A stretch of 64,000 nucleotides of DNA from Dictyostelium discoideum. Taxonomy: Eukaryota. The stretch is taken from contig CM000150.2 in the NCBI GenBank assembly GCA_000004695.1, positions 960,001-1,024,000 on the forward strand, in the 5' to 3' direction. The notes below the pieces were generated by a model, which worked only from the letters and a program-made list of their open reading frames with translations, was not told the DNA's origin and did no database searches. Shown here in pieces: positions 11,298 through 26,742 of the stretch (positions are counted from its first letter, which is position 1; each line of letters starts with the position of its first letter). Made by a program: the position numbers and the translations under genes.

Positions 11298-12432
11298 AAT
11301 AGAACGTGAAGTTGCATATAGAGAAAAAGTTATACAAGAAATTTTAAAAACTGAAGAAGATTATGTTAAAAATTTAAATATTTGTATTAAAGGATATATG
11401 GAACCATTGGTTAGTAGAGATGTAATTACAAAGGATCAACAAAAGTTAATATTTTCAGATATTCAAATCATTTATAATTTTGGTAATAAATTTTTGGATC
11501 AATTGAGAAATCGTTGTGGTAATAATTGGAGAGTTTATCAAAAGATTAGTGATTTATTTTTACAGATTTCAGCATTTTTAAAGGTTTATACAAGTTATGT
11601 TCAAAACTATAATACTGCATTGGAGACATTGGAAGAGTTGAAGAAAAAAGATAAACAATTCATTCAGGTTTTAAATGAACAAAAAGAGTCTCAACAAATT
11701 AATGGAAAAGATATAACTTCATTTTTAATTCAACCAGTTCAACGTGTACCACGTTATTATTTACTTTTGACCGATTTGGTGAAACATACTTGGGAAGATC
11801 ATCCAGATTTGAAACCATTGGTTGGTGCCGCTGAAAAGATTAAAGATGTGGCTGCCTTTTTAAATGAACGTAAAAGGGAGGGTGAAAACTTTCAAAAGTT
11901 TACAGAGATTCAATCAATACTCGTTGGTAAAGTACCACAATTATTCACTCCATCACGTCGTTACATAAAACAAATCTCATTCAATCCTACTAAAAAACAT
12001 GAAATTATGGTTTATCTATTTAATGATTTAATTGTTTATGGTAAAGTTATGAAAGGTATTTTTAGTGGTGGTGGCGGTGGTAGTGGTGGTGGTGGCAATA
12101 ATAATAGTAACACTGGTGGTGCTGCAGGTGGTAGTCAATATAGTAATTATAATAATAACAATAATAACAATACCACTATCAATGAAAATAGAAAAGTTAA
12201 ATATCAAGGTATGATAGAGTTGGTAACTTGTGTTGTGGTTGATGATAGTCATCCATCACCATCAAGTCATTTGGATATTCGTTCAAACGATAAGGATAAC
12301 CTCTTATTGTTAACAATTATCTCAAAGAATGAAACTGAAAAAAATAATTTAAAAATTGAAATTAATAAATTAATTAGTAATATTCATGAAAATCAAAGAT
12401 CAAAAGAACAAAAAATAATAGAAAATTCTTCA

Positions 12433-12471
<39 letters not shown>

Positions 12472-13782
12472 GCAGTAGAAAATATACCAGAGCCAACGAT
12501 CGAACAACAATTATCTGAAAGAAAGAAAATTATGAAAAGAGTTGAGTCAAATAGTATTAATTCAACTGCCACCACAACTGCTACTACTACCACCACTACA
12601 ACAAATACAAGTATAAATACAAATACAACATCAACCACACCAATTAACTCACCATCACGTAATAATAGTAGTAATAACATAAACATCGTACCACCAACAT
12701 CTCCAGAGCAACAACAATCAATACCAGTTAGTTCATTTATAAGCTCATTATTTAATAAAAAGAAATCATCATCATCATATAATGCTACTTTATCACCAAA
12801 TAAAGTGGAAAATAATACACCTATATCAGATTCAGAAAGTAGCGGCAATACATCACCTCAATCACCAAGTTCATCACCAACAACAACAACAACAACATAT
12901 GTTGATGAATCTGAAAAATCAAGTCCAAAAACTTCAAGAAAAAAGAAAGCACAATCAATTTCTATGTCACCAACTAATACACCAACAACACCACCACCAC
13001 AATCTGAAGATACCAATAATAGTAATGATAGTAGTAGTAATAATAATAATGCGGAAATACAAGAACCACCAAAAGAAAAAGGTAGACCAAGATCAAAATC
13101 AACCTCACGTTTATCAAGAATAACAGGTGTTTTAACATTAAGAAAAAGAAAAACTCAATTAGTTGATGAATCTCAAATTCCAACTAGTGATGACGAAGGT
13201 CAAACATCTCCAACATCTCCTTCCAAATCTTCGATTGATTTATCACAATCACAACATAATCCAACCCCACATTCTTCATCATCGTCATCATCACAACAAG
13301 ATGATTCTTCTTTGGCATCATCAATTTCACCATTATCAATTTCTACACCAAATCCAATTCCAGTTACAGCCTTAGCCTCTACCACTACTACTACCGCTAC
13401 TACTAATAATAGCACCACCTCAAATACTGCATCACCAAATTCATCAGCAACAACTCATCGTTTATCCTCATCATCAACTAATCTTTCAACAAACAATAAC
13501 GAGTGCGAACCTTCAAATAATAAGGCTGGTTCATCAACTTCAGATTTACAATCACCAACATCATCATCATCATCACCATCATCATCAACAGCAACAACAA
13601 ACAATCTATCATATGAAAAAATAATAGCTCAAAAAAGTTTAGGTGAACTTGACCCTTTAAATCTTGAAACTTATTTATCAAATGCTGATTTTAAAAAACT
13701 TTTTGGAGTTGAACGTTCAGAATTTTTAAAATTCCCAAAATGGAAACAAAACCAAAAAAAGAAAGATCTTAAGCTATTGTAA
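10209..13782 (+). CDS. Rho/Rac guanine-nucleotide exchange factor with N-terminal calponin-homology domain, IQ motif, DH (RhoGEF) domain, PH-like region and a long Ser/Thr/Asn-rich low-complexity tail; 3 exons
   Basis: Exons are about 10209-10472, 10694-11141 and 11303-13782. Both donors are GTAAAT/GTAAGT. The CH domain reads EWIEEVLQIKIKESLSDALKNGIVLCYLANAIQ.../GLEFKKNIDFFLLALKDLGFP. The IQ-like segment is FIKFQSLWRGFRVRQFVKHM. The DH domain runs EREVAYREKVIQEILKTEEDYVKNLNICIKGYMEPL...IFSDIQIIYNFGNKFLDQL...FLIQPVQRVPRYYLLLTDLVKHT. An (ATT)n microsatellite sits inside intron 2. Confidence 0.8.
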
Positions 13783-13834
13783 AAATAAAAATAAAAATAA
13801 AAAAAAAAAAATAATAATAATAAAATTAAGGAAA

Positions 13835-13836
<2 letters not shown>

Positions 13837-13870
<34 letters not shown>
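13837..13870. repeat. (TA)n dinucleotide repeat in the 3' flank of the RhoGEF gene
   Basis: Direct reading. Confidence 0.9.
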
Positions 13871-13877
<7 letters not shown>

Positions 13878-14098
13878 CATGATATTATTTGCGCAGTTAT
13901 TTAATATAAAACAAATAAAAAAAAAAAAAATTTATTAAAAAAAAATAATTTGTGTTCTAAAAATATCTTTTTTTTTTTACATTTAACATTGTTAATAATA
14001 AAAATTTTTTAATGTTTTTTTTAATTTTTTTAATTTTTTTTTTTACATTTTTTTTTTTTTTTTTTTAATCATAAAAAAACAAAATTAATAAATTAAGG

Positions 14099-16408
14099 AT
14101 GGAAGAAAATTTAATATCATGGATTTTAAAAGAAGGTGAAGATATTTTTATTAGAGAAAGAATAATAAAATCAATAAAAAAGATATCAGATAGTGGTATA
14201 CATATTACAATTGAATCACTTTTAAAATTTTTAAATAAAAAATCAAAAACCATTTTTTTAAATGAAAAAGAAATTGATTTTAAAGAATCATTAAAATTAG
14301 AAATTGAAAATAATGAATTATTAAGTCAGTTACAATCATTGTTTGAAATGTATGAAAATATAAATACAAATATAATTTGTTGTAATTTTGTTTATAATCG
14401 CACACATTTAATATTTAAAAAACATATTAAACAAGTAAACAATGGTTTCAATTCAAAAAATCGTACCACTGAAAATAGTCAAATGAAAACAGAAATGTTG
14501 GATTCAAAATCCAATATATTAGATTCTTGTTTTCATATTATTGATAACAATAAAAATTTGTTAATTAAAAAAGATACATTATTAAAAAATAATAACAATA
14601 ATAGTGGTAATTTATTTTTAAAAATTTGGAGAAATATAATTATTAGAAATGAAATTTTAAAATATATGAAATTATTTAAAATTCATCAATTTAAAATGAT
14701 ATTTTCATCAATTTCCAAATTGGATGCATACCCTTTTAAAGAATATCTATATAATGTACAATTGGAAATTGGTGGTGGTGAAAGAAATAATGAAGTTTTC
14801 AATTACCAACATGAAACAATGGAAATAAATGATTATTTAGAAAATAATTTACCAGATTCAATATCAGTATTGAATATTATTGATTTAAATAAAGAATTTA
14901 GTAATGGTTATTGTAGATATATCAGACCTTCGTCAATACCTTGTTCTGTAAAAGTATTGAACTTTATAAAACAATCTGACTACTTAAAATCAACAAAATT
15001 TTGTAACTTGATCCAATTTAAAAATAATAAAATCATTGATAATAGTAGTAATAATAATAATAATAATAATAATGTATTTTTAGAGAATGAAAAGAGTGCA
15101 TATGTAATAAGTAATAGTGAACAATTGATACCTTATGGAGTTGATTATGTGAATTATGAATTTAATTTAGAGGAAAGATCATTTAGCTTTATAACATTTA
15201 ATAATTTACCAAACACTGTAAAAACATTAGAAATTAAAAGAAAGTTACCATCGAAATTGTCTTTGGATTTTTATGAAGACTCAATATGTTTATTACCAAA
15301 TACAATTAAGGAATTATCATTTGATTTGGTATCAATTTTAAGACCAAATTTTTTACCAGAATCAATCACTGAATTATATTTAGGTAATGCACATAATGTT
15401 TATACAAATGATGAATGTTTGATTGAAAAAGGTATATTACCACCACAATTGAGAAAACTTAATCTTGGTGGATATTCAAATGAAATTAGAGAGGGTATAT
15501 TACCACCAACACTCACAAGTTTAACATTATGTACTACCTATAAAAAACCAATTAAACCAGGTTGTTTACCACAATCTTTACAATATCTTTCTTTTCAAGG
15601 TGATGTTGTTACTGCTACTAATCAAAAGAGTAGTAAGGATGACGAATTTTCAAATAGCGAATCATCATTTTCAATTTCATCATTATTTTCAATAGTTAAT
15701 AATTTAATATTTAATTATAATTTAAAACTACAATACGAGTTCCTTATTGAAGGTTCAATTCCAATTGGGCTAAAAACATTAAAACTTTCAAGGAATCAAC
15801 CTTATCAAGATATTCTTGTCAAAGGTATACTAACACCATCTCATAGCTCTTTAACAAGTATTTCAATATTTGATTTTAAACCACTCCAACTTCATGGTGA
15901 AAGTGTATCAAGTATGAATCAAAAGAATAAAGAAAAACTTCAAAAATTAAAAACACAATTTTTTATACCATCATCTGTAAAAAAGTTTGTTGGCTCAATT
16001 GATGATTATTGCCATCCAGAAATAATACGATTTTTACCATTTACAAAGGTTAAATTCTTTAGCTTCAATCCACAATTCCAAGAGTTTTCAAAAAGTGTTA
16101 AATCTCTTTATTTTAAATATATTTTAAATTTTAACCCAACAGCATGGCCATCAAACGCAGTTACATCTCTTACTTTAGACGGTCATAATATAGATGGTTT
16201 AGGTTTCTTTCCACAGTTTTTAACATTTTTAGATTTAACAAATGATATCTTTTTCTCAATGAGTAATGTACCACTTGATACCTTTTTTCCCTGTTTGAAA
16301 ACCTTAATATTAAGTAACTTGTTTCATGATGAAATTGATATTGAATCTTCATTTCCAAATCTAATAACCCTTGTTGTTGGAAATGCAACACCCAAATTAG
16401 TTTTACCC

Positions 16409-16445
<37 letters not shown>

Positions 16446-16591
16446 CTAATTTGAAAGAAATTATTGTATTCAACACAAATATCCAATTTATAAATGATAA
16501 TATATTAAAACTTCAACCTTTTATAAAAATTTTTAATCATTCTATAAAAAAAAAGAATTTAAAGAATTTATTTTTATCAAAAATTAAATAA
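14099..16591 (+). CDS. FNIP-repeat-containing protein (Dictyostelium FNIP / LRR-like repeat family), paralogue B; intronless
   Basis: 830-aa ORF. It carries the FLKIWRNIIIRNEILKYM motif. There are many about 22-aa repeats of the form LP-x-(S/T)-(I/L)-(K/T)-x-L-x-F, for example LPNTVKTLEI, LPNTIKELSF, LPPQLRKLNL, LPPTLTSLTL and LPQSLQYLSF. A (ACA)n poly-Thr tract lies near the C-terminus. Confidence 0.8.
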
Positions 16592-17537
16592 ATTAATATA
16601 AAAGTAATTATAATTTTCCAAATTTTTTTTTTTTTATTTTTTATTATGGTAAAGTTTTAAAACTCTATTATTTTTTTATTCTCAAAACAACTCACAAAGT
16701 ATCATTAAAAAAAAAAAAAAAAAGATTTTCTAAAAAAAAAAAAAAGATTATAAGATCTTTTAAAATATTTTTATCCTATTTAAAAAATTTCTAAAACAAT
16801 TATGGGTTCAATATTTGGTTTTTTAAAAGGATTTTTTTTTTTAATAAAAAAAAAAAGATTCTAAAAAATTCATATCCTTTGTACTTTTTAAGGAATTTGA
16901 TTATCAAACTGTTTTTTTATTTTTTTTTTTTATAAATTTTTAAGTAATCAATTGATTGGTCAACAAAATTTTTTTATGATAATCATTTTTTAAAAAAAAA
17001 ATCTTTTTTTTTATTTTAATTTTTTTTTAATTTTTTTTTTTTTTTTTTTGACTTTTGATGTCTGGCGATTAAAACTATGGTTTTTTTTAGGTCAGATTTT
17101 TGTCTTTTTTTTTTTTTTTTACGAATTTTTTTTTTCCCCACCAAAAAGATCTTTTTTTAATCTTTTTTTTTATTTTTTTTTTTTATTTTTTTTCCTCTTT
17201 TTTTTTTTTTTTTTATAATTTTTTTTTTTCTTTTTTTAATTTTTTCTTTTTTAATTTTTTTCTTTTCTTTAACATCACCATTGTCCCAGCCTCAATACCT
17301 AAGATTATAATTTATAATTTATATTTTATTTTCATTAAAATTTTCATATTAAAAAAAAAAACAAAAAAAAAAAAAAAAAAAAAAAAAACCAACTCAAATC
17401 AAATCAAATCGAAGAAAAAAATAAAAAAAATAAAAAATAAAATAAAATTAAATAAAATAAAATTAAATAAAATAAAAAAAAAAAAAAAAAAAAAAATAAA
17501 ATAAAACAAATCAAATCAAATAAAATAAAACCAACAA

Positions 17538-17680
17538 ATAAAATAAAATAAAATAAAATAAAATAAAATAAAATAAAATAAAATAAAATAAAATAAAATA
17601 AAAACAAAAACAAAAACAAAGACAAAAACAAAAACAAAAACAAAAACAAAACAAAAACAAAACAAAAACAAAAATAAAAA
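17538..17680. repeat. (AAAAT)n of about 12 units followed by (AAAAAC)n-like repeats immediately upstream of FNIP paralogue C
   Basis: Direct reading. The top strand is purine/C-only. Confidence 0.85.
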
Positions 17681-17721
17681 TAAAAATAAAATTAAATAAA
17701 TAAAATAAAAATAAAATAAAA

Positions 17722-18270
17722 ATGGAAAGAGGTTTGGTTGAATGGTTATTACAAGAAAGGGATAGTGTAGTTTTGGATAATTTAAAAATTTTATCAAATC
17801 ATGGTTTACATATTTCAATTGATTCATTAAGATATAGTAAGTTTTTTTATTTTTTTATTTATTTTATTTTATTTTATTTTTCTATAAAAATATATTAATA
17901 TTATTTTCAAAAAGTTTTATATGGAGATATTGATAAAGAAAAATTATACTATGGGTTATGTGAAGGCCTAATAACACATTTACGTAATTCGTCACTAAAG
18001 GAGCTACTTAAAACTATACGTGATGAAAAATCTGATATAGTATATAATTTTAAACATCCAGCATTAAGTAAAAATGTGGATCCAATTGTAAAAGGTGGTA
18101 CAGCATTACTTCAAGATTTCCCACTTTTAAAAACATTAGATATTATTAGAAATAATAGAATGTTATTAATAAAAAATAGATCTTTAGATTATCAACTAAA
18201 ATATATCCAATCAATTTATAATTATAAATATGGAAATAGAAAAAAATTTAATTTTAATAATAATAATAAT

Positions 18271-18354
<84 letters not shown>

Positions 18355-20295
18355 AATAATAGTATTATTGTTAATATTGATAATAATAATGATAATAATA
18401 ATGAAAAAAATATAAATTTAAATGAAAATGAAAAAGTTGATAATAGTTTATTATTTTTTAAAATTTGGAGAAATATTATTATAAAAAAATGTATAATTTT
18501 AGAACTTGGTAGGATTAATAATCATTATAAAAAGAAATTTACATTTAATTCAATTGAAAAATTTGATGAATATATATTTAAACAGTATGTAACACATTTG
18601 GAATTTATTTTTTCATCCGATGAAAATGAGGATTTAATTGCTGAAGAATTAAATGATTATTTAGAGTATAAATTACCACCAAGTGTTACAATATTAGAGA
18701 TAAATGGTGGATTTAATAAATATATTAGACCATCATCATTACCATCGACAATTTTGAAATTAAATTTTAATAGAGAAAATTTCGAACCTGGTGTTAAAAA
18801 AATAGGTTTAAATGTTCCAGTTGGTTTTGCAAATTTAAATACACTTTTTGATGATTTGAATCCTGTGAAAAAATTAATTTTTCCTGATAATTACAATTCA
18901 AAAATTTATCTAGATTCTATACCAGAGGGGGTGGAAATTGTTGATTACAGATCAATCTTTTTAGCAAGAAGCCCAATTGATATTAAAATGTTTCCAAAAT
19001 CTTTAAAATCGTTATATATTTTTAGACAAATTGATTCCACAGTATTTCCAGAAGAAAAGTCAATTTTACCACCAGTGGAAAAACTTTACATTAGAAACCT
19101 TTCTCTTACGACTGTTGGAATTTTACCAGAAAGTATAACTCACCTTGAAATTGAATGGCCATATTCAACATTCAATATGAATAAAGTTAAGAAATGTTTC
19201 TTTCCACAACAATTGAAAAAATTAAACCTAAGTGGTTATTATAATGAAATTGGTAAAGGTGTTTTACCACCAAATCTCACCCATCTAACAATTTCAGTTA
19301 ACCACATCAAAACCATTGAACCAGGTTGTTTACCAGATTCTTTAAAATATCTATCATTCCAAGGTTACCAAAAAATAAAAGGAAAAGAAATCTCTAAACC
19401 ATTCAAAAGAAGTCAACCAGTTCTAGTTAAAGGTTCACTTCCAACTGGATTAACTACATTAAAATTATCAAAGTATCAACTTCATTTGGATATTTTAGTT
19501 AAAGGTGTAATTACAAAACATCATAAATCCTTAACTAAAATTTCAATTTGTCCAAATTATATATTTGATTATAAAACTGATTATAAAAAACCAATTGAAA
19601 ATTTAGGTGATAGAATTTCACATTTTTTGAGAAAAAAATCAATTCTACTACCATCAGTTAAAAAGTTTACATGTAAAACAGTTTTAAATTATCCTGAAAT
19701 GATTTTAATTTTACCATGTACTCATATTAAGATTTTACCGTCTATTGGCGGTACTGGTTATCAAAATTCTTTAATATCAGATACATTTATAAAATCTTCA
19801 CATTCTAAATGTGTCTATATATCACTACCAGATTCATTCAATGCAAATTTAACTAGTAAATCTTTTCCAGAAACTTTGACTACTTTAAAATTTGAAGGTA
19901 GATATAATACACCATTCCTTCCAAAAGTTTTACCAAATTCTTTAAAAAATTTAATATTTGATTGTGAAAAATCAAATTATAATTATGATCTTTCAAATTG
20001 TTTACCAATTGGTTTGAAATGTTTAGCTTTAAGTCCAAATTATAGTGAACCTTTAAATTTTCAAACACATTTACCAGAATTGGAATTATTGGTAATTGGA
20101 AATTCAAATCCTTCAAATATTATATTAAATGAAAATCAAATGATATCAAAATTAAAACTTATAGTTGTATTTAATTCAAACAATCAATTTTTAAATAATA
20201 ACAACCATTCTGAAATCTTTTATAATCCAATCTTAAAAATTGTTAAACCAACACAACTAAAATCAATTTTAAATGAATTTTCCGATAATAAATAA
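17722..20295 (+). CDS. FNIP-repeat-containing protein, paralogue C; 2 exons
   Basis: Exon 1 is 17722-17836 (MERGLVEWLLQERDSVVLDNLKILSNHGLHISIDSLRY) with donor GTAAGT. Exon 2 is 17915-20295 with acceptor CAAAAAG. It carries the FFKIWRNIIIKK motif plus repeats such as LPPSVTILEI, LPSTILKLNF, LPPNLTHLTI and LPDSLKYLSF. The C-terminal block LLVIGNSNPSN is shared with the other paralogues. Confidence 0.8.
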
Positions 20296-20558
20296 TTTTA
20301 TTTTTATATATTAGTTTTTTCCATTTTTTTTCTTTTTTTTTTTTTACTTTTATTTTTATTTTTTTGAAATTGTGTTGTATCTTTTATTTTATTGATTGGG
20401 GGTATGATTGTTTTTTTTTTTTTATTTTTTTTTTATTTTTTTTATTTTTTTTATTTTTTTTTTATTTTTTTTATTTTTTTTATTTTTTTTTTATTTTTGT
20501 TTTTTTTTTGAAATTAAAGTGGTTTCATATTTAATTTTTTAATTTTTGTTATTGGTTG

Positions 20559-20602
<44 letters not shown>

Positions 20603-20834
20603 AACAAGCAAACAATAAAAATAATAATATTACTTGGATAAGTAATAAAAATTAAAACAATCTATATCAATTTAAATTTCTAAAAATATCTAAAAAAAAA
20701 AAATAAATAGTCATCAAAAATTAAAATTAAAAAAAATAAAATTTAAATAATAATTTAAAAATAAAATTTTAATGTTAATTTAAAAATAAAATTTAAAAAA
20801 TAATTATTAATAACAATAAAAATATAAAATAAAA

Positions 20835-21020
20835 ATGGAGAAAATATTATTTTCTTGGATTATAAGTAAAAATGATATTGAAACAACAAATTCACTTAAA
20901 ATTATTAGTGATAATGGTCTTTTTATTACAATTGAATCTTTAGAAAAATTTTTTCAACCATTTTTGTCACCTTTAAATCGTAAGTTTATTAATCTTTTTA
21001 ATTTTAAAAAAAAAAAAAAA

Positions 21021-21067
<47 letters not shown>

Positions 21068-23272
21068 AATATATTAATTTAATTAAAAACTAAAATTTTA
21101 GTTTTTGAAAATGATACTCAAAAAGAAAAAAAATTAAAATATGGTTTAAAAACAATTGAAATAATGAATTTATATGAAATGTTAAAAAATTTAATTACAA
21201 CTAATAGAGGAAAAAAACCAAATAAAAATTATTTTGTTTATAGTTTTAGAGATCCAATGTTTAATGAATTATTAAATGATTATAATACACCATCATCAAA
21301 TGTTACAAGTTTACCAATATTTATAATATGTTTAGATATTCTTAGAAATAATAAAAATCAATTAATTAAACCAAAATTAGAAAATTCAAAAACAATAATT
21401 ATAGCGCCACCAACACAAATTATTTCAAAAAATGATAATAATTATAATAATAATAATGAAATTGATAATTCAATTCCATTTTTTAAAATTTGGAGAAATT
21501 CAGTTTTAAGGGGTGAAATTATTTCAGAAATTAAAATTTTAAATAATCATCTTGGTAAATTTACATTTTATTCAATTAATGAAATGGAAAAATATAAATA
21601 TAAAAATTATTTAAATCATGTTGTATTGGATTTTAAAAAAGTAATGGATAAAAACCTATTTAGATATGAAGGTGATATGTTTAATAATTATTTTGAAAAT
21701 TGTTTACCACCTTGTATTAAAAGTTTAGAAATAAATGGTGGTTTCAATTTCTTTATTAAACCATGTTCGTTCCCAACATCATTAACATATCTTCAATTTG
21801 AAACTGATAGAAATAATAATAAAATTGGGGAAAAGAATGTAATATTAAATTATCCAGTAAATAATCAATATTTTAAAAATTTTAAAAATTTAAAAATTGT
21901 AAAATTTGGTGAAGATTTTCATTCATCAATTAATGAAAATTCAATACCAGAAGGTATTAAAAATGTTGAATTTAAAAATGATTTTTCAGATTTCCTACTA
22001 CTAAATTCAAATATTTTCCCAAAAACATTAAAATCTCTAACTATTGGTAGTAGTAATATAAACAAAAGTAATACTAATAATTATGATACACATGGAAAAG
22101 AATCGTCATTGTATTTACCAAAAACAATTACTTCATTGAATTATTATGGAAATTCAATTTTACCAAATTTATTTTTAAATGAGAGTTTAACAAGGTTGAA
22201 TATAAAATGGCCAAAAAATCATTTAATTAAAAAAGAAAATTTCCCACAAAGGTTAAAATATTTAACACTTGAAGTTGGTAAAGATAAAGATATTAAAAAA
22301 AATTCATTTCCTACATCAATTATAAAGTTAAAATTATGTAATTATAATAAAATAATTGAACCAGATGTTTTACCAAAGAATTTAGAATACCTTTCATTTA
22401 AAGACACAATTTCAAATAATCGTATACTATTGAAAAAGTATCAACCAACTTTAATAAAAGGATCTTTACCAATAACTTTAAAAACTTTAAAACTTGGTGA
22501 ACATCATTTATATATGGATGTTTTAATCAAAGGTGTTTTAACACCATCACACACAAACTTAACAATATTATCAGTTGTTATTAGAAATCCAATAGATTAT
22601 AAACTATCTTCGCTATCAAATATTTTAAAGGTTGAAAATGATATAATGGAAAGATCAATAAAATGGAGAAAAAATAAATTCATTCCAGAATCTTTAAAAT
22701 TAATAATTTGTAAAACCAATTTACAATATCCATTATTGTTTAATCTATTTCATAGTAGTGAACCTAATAATAATAATAACAATAATATTGCGGGAATTCC
22801 AACAATTGTTAAATTGGATGAAGATTGTAGAGATGATATAACACCAATTTCAATGGTAAAATCATTAACATCTTTAAAGTTAAATGATTCATTTGATAAA
22901 ATAATCTACATTACTCAATTACCAAATTCATTATTGCATTTAAATTTTGGTTGCACAAATTCAATTTTCACTAAAAACATCATTACAAATTCAATACCAA
23001 TAGGTTTAAAAACATTAATATTACCCCCATTTTTTGATGGTTTATTAAATATAGATGAACATTTCCCAAATTTAGAAATATTAGTAATTGGACTTTCAAA
23101 CCCATCAAATGTACTCTATGATCCTTTAAAATCTTTAAAATTAAAATTTGTTTTTGTTTTCAATGAAAATAATAATTTTTTATTTAATCATAAATATAAT
23201 AATATTAAAACAATACTTGAACCAATATTAAAAATAATACCATTAAAACAATTTAAAAAAATTAATAAATAA
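20835..23272 (+). CDS. FNIP-repeat-containing protein, paralogue D; 2 exons
   Basis: Exon 1 is 20835-20979 (MEKILFSWIISKNDIETTNSLKIISDNGLFITIESLEKFFQPFLSPLN) with donor GTAAGT. Exon 2 is 21102-23272. It carries the FFKIWRNSVLRGEII motif plus repeats LPPCIKSLEI, FPTSLTYLQF, LPKNLEYLSF and others. The C-terminal block is ILVIGLSNPSN. Confidence 0.8.
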
Positions 23273-23480
23273 TATTTACAAAAAAAAAAAAAAAAAATAA
23301 AAAAAAAAAAAATATATTACAAAATTTAATAAATAAAAATATTTAAAAGTTTATTTCTTTTTCTGAATAAATGAATTATAGAGGAAAAAAAAAAAAAAAA
23401 AAAAAAAATATTTCTTAAAATACACCAAAAAATAATAAAATTTTTTTTTTTTTTTTTTACAGATTTAATTTATTAATTTA

Positions 23481-24122
23481 TTAATTTATTAATTTATTTA
23501 TAAAAATTAAAAATAAAAGTGATAGAATTGCCAATGTATTAATTGAAATTGAAGATGTTGATGAATCAAATTTTGAACTAATTGGACATACTACTCTAAT
23601 TTCATTATTATTAAATTTATTTAATTTTTTATCTTTACAATTTATTATTAATTCATTTTTTTTTGATTCTTTATAATTCTTTTCTTCATGAAAATTTTTA
23701 AATATTTTATTCTTATTTCTGTTAACTTTTTCATAACATTTTGAATTTTCAAATAAATTAATTATATATTGATTACTACCATTATTTTTATTTTTATTAT
23801 TATTATTATTATTATAATTATTATTAGGTATTATGGGTGTTGTTGAATTTGATGATATGAATATTGATTTATATGGACATTTTTTAAAGGGTGATTTGAT
23901 TTTGGTACATTTTCCATATGGTACTAATATTGATATACAATCTTTTATAGTTACATCAAATCCATCCTCATCTTCATAATAATTTATTGCATCATGATTT
24001 TCTTTTTTATTATTATTATTTTTTTGAATTTCTTTAAATGGTGAATCTTTTTTAATTGCTAAATTTACATTTATTAAAAAAAATATTATAATAAAATTTA
24101 ATAATAAAATTTTGGTTTTCAT
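23481..24122 (-). CDS. Hypothetical small secreted/GPI-like protein (Cys-containing, Asn-rich)
   Basis: 213-aa ORF with N-terminal signal peptide MKTKILLLNFIIIFFLINVNLA. The C-terminus TLAILSLLFLIFINKLIN is hydrophobic. No recognisable domain. Confidence 0.45.
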   Translation of the reverse strand: MKTKILLLNFIIIFFLINVNLAIKKDSPFKEIQKNNNNKKENHDAINYYEDEDGFDVTIKDCISILVPYGKCTKIKSPFKKCPYKSIFISSNSTTPIIPNNNYNNNNNNKNKNNGSNQYIINLFENSKCYEKVNRNKNKIFKNFHEEKNYKESKKNELIINCKDKKLNKFNNNEIRVVCPISSKFDSSTSSISINTLAILSLLFLIFINKLIN

Positions 24123-24392
24123 TATTAAATTTGATATTGATTAAAAAAAAAATAAAAAAATAAAAAAAATATAATTAAGAAAAAAAAAAAAAAAAAAAAA
24201 AAAAGTGGGGTGATTAAATTTTTTTTTTTATATTTTTTTTTAAATTTTTGGTTTTTTTTTTTTTCTTTTTTAAAACAAAATTTTATTTTTTATTTTATGA
24301 TAATTGTTTCAAAAATAATAATGTTTTTTGTTTTTTTTTGGTGGTTCACAAATAATTGATTTTTTAACCACGAGCGAAATTTTCAAATTATT

Positions 24393-24424
<32 letters not shown>

Positions 24425-24536
24425 TCAATAATATTTGAAATAAAAAAAAAAAAAATATCTAAATGCTTGTCAAAAGTCAAAAATTCTTTAATAGTAACAC
24501 TTTAGATATTGAAAAAAAAAAAAAAAAAAAAAAGAA

Positions 24537-25044
24537 ATGTTTGTAAATTTTAAAAAGATTCAATCATATATTGCATATGATTTATATGATAATAATAAGA
24601 TTAGAGAATTTGTGGATAGTTTAAAACAAGAAGAATTGGATAACTATATAATTTATCAATTTGAAGTTGATGATGCAACATTACTTCAATTAGAAAAAGA
24701 AGAATTAGAATTGACTCAATTAGTTCAAGAGCAATATATTGATAAAAAAGATTTCTCATTTTTAAATAATCATCATTTATGGATAAAATATCAAGATCAA
24801 GATTTCATAGTTAATGAAATTAAAAATCCAGAAAACAATAATAACAATAACAATAATAATTTTTATTTAAATTGTTTTACAATTAAAGGAACTGAAAATG
24901 AAATTAAAAAAGAATTAAATTTAAATGATAATGATAATGAAATAAATACATATGCAACATTTTCAATAACCAGATATCATTTTAAAATGCCTCAAAAAAT
25001 TGATTTATATATTGATTGTGTTATAAATTATGATAATAATCAAA

Positions 25045-25093
<49 letters not shown>

Positions 25094-25406
25094 TAAATTC
25101 TCATTATATGGTCATGTTAAATGTCAAGCAAAAGATTATAGTGAACTTTTATTATTTTATATTTTATATAATCAACCAAAACCACTCAAACCAAATATTA
25201 TAAATTATCTTTTATCTTTAAAAAATAATGATAATAATAATAACGATAAAACAAATCCAATCAATAAACTTCAATCACCAATTTCAAATGAAACTATTTT
25301 ACAAACTCCAAAAGTATTTGATGAAGATCCACTATTTAAATTTATTCAAAAAGGTGAAAATTCTCAAAACTCTTCTTCAAATTCCTCATTTTGTTCAATA
25401 AATTAA
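24537..25406 (+). CDS. Hypothetical protein with Asn-rich low-complexity inserts
   Basis: 289-aa ORF. The non-repetitive segments look like real coding sequence. No recognisable domain. It could have extra exons. Confidence 0.45.
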
Positions 25407-25547
25407 AATTATTAAATTATAATTTTGGAAAAAAAATAAAATAAAATAAATAATTAATTAAAAATTAAAAAAAAAAAAAAAACTTAACAATTGCAACTAA
25501 TAAATAATTAAAAATTAATTTTTTTTTTTATTAATTAATTTTTATTT

Positions 25548-25596
<49 letters not shown>

Positions 25597-25706
25597 CATG
25601 TTAATAATAATAATAAAAATAATAAAAAGAAAAGAAAGAAAGAAAAGAAAAAAAAAAAAAAAAAAAATGGATACTCTTCTTTTTTTATAGGTGGTAAAAA
25701 TATAAC

Positions 25707-26657
<951 letters not shown>

Positions 26658-26679
26658 CTTCGGTTGCCAGAATTAGATT

Positions 26680-26742
<63 letters not shown>

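Noticed and set aside
12028-13681. Minus- and plus-strand short ORFs within the RhoGEF C-terminal region
   Set aside because: They are alternate-frame or antisense products of the Ser/Thr/Asn-rich low-complexity coding region. The + frame 11398-13782 is clearly the real one because of its DH-domain continuity.
17100-17827. Three overlapping Phe/Lys/Ile-rich ORFs upstream of FNIP paralogue C
   Set aside because: The region is (AAAAT)n/(AAAAAC)n and poly-T simple sequence. The ORFs are compositional artefacts.
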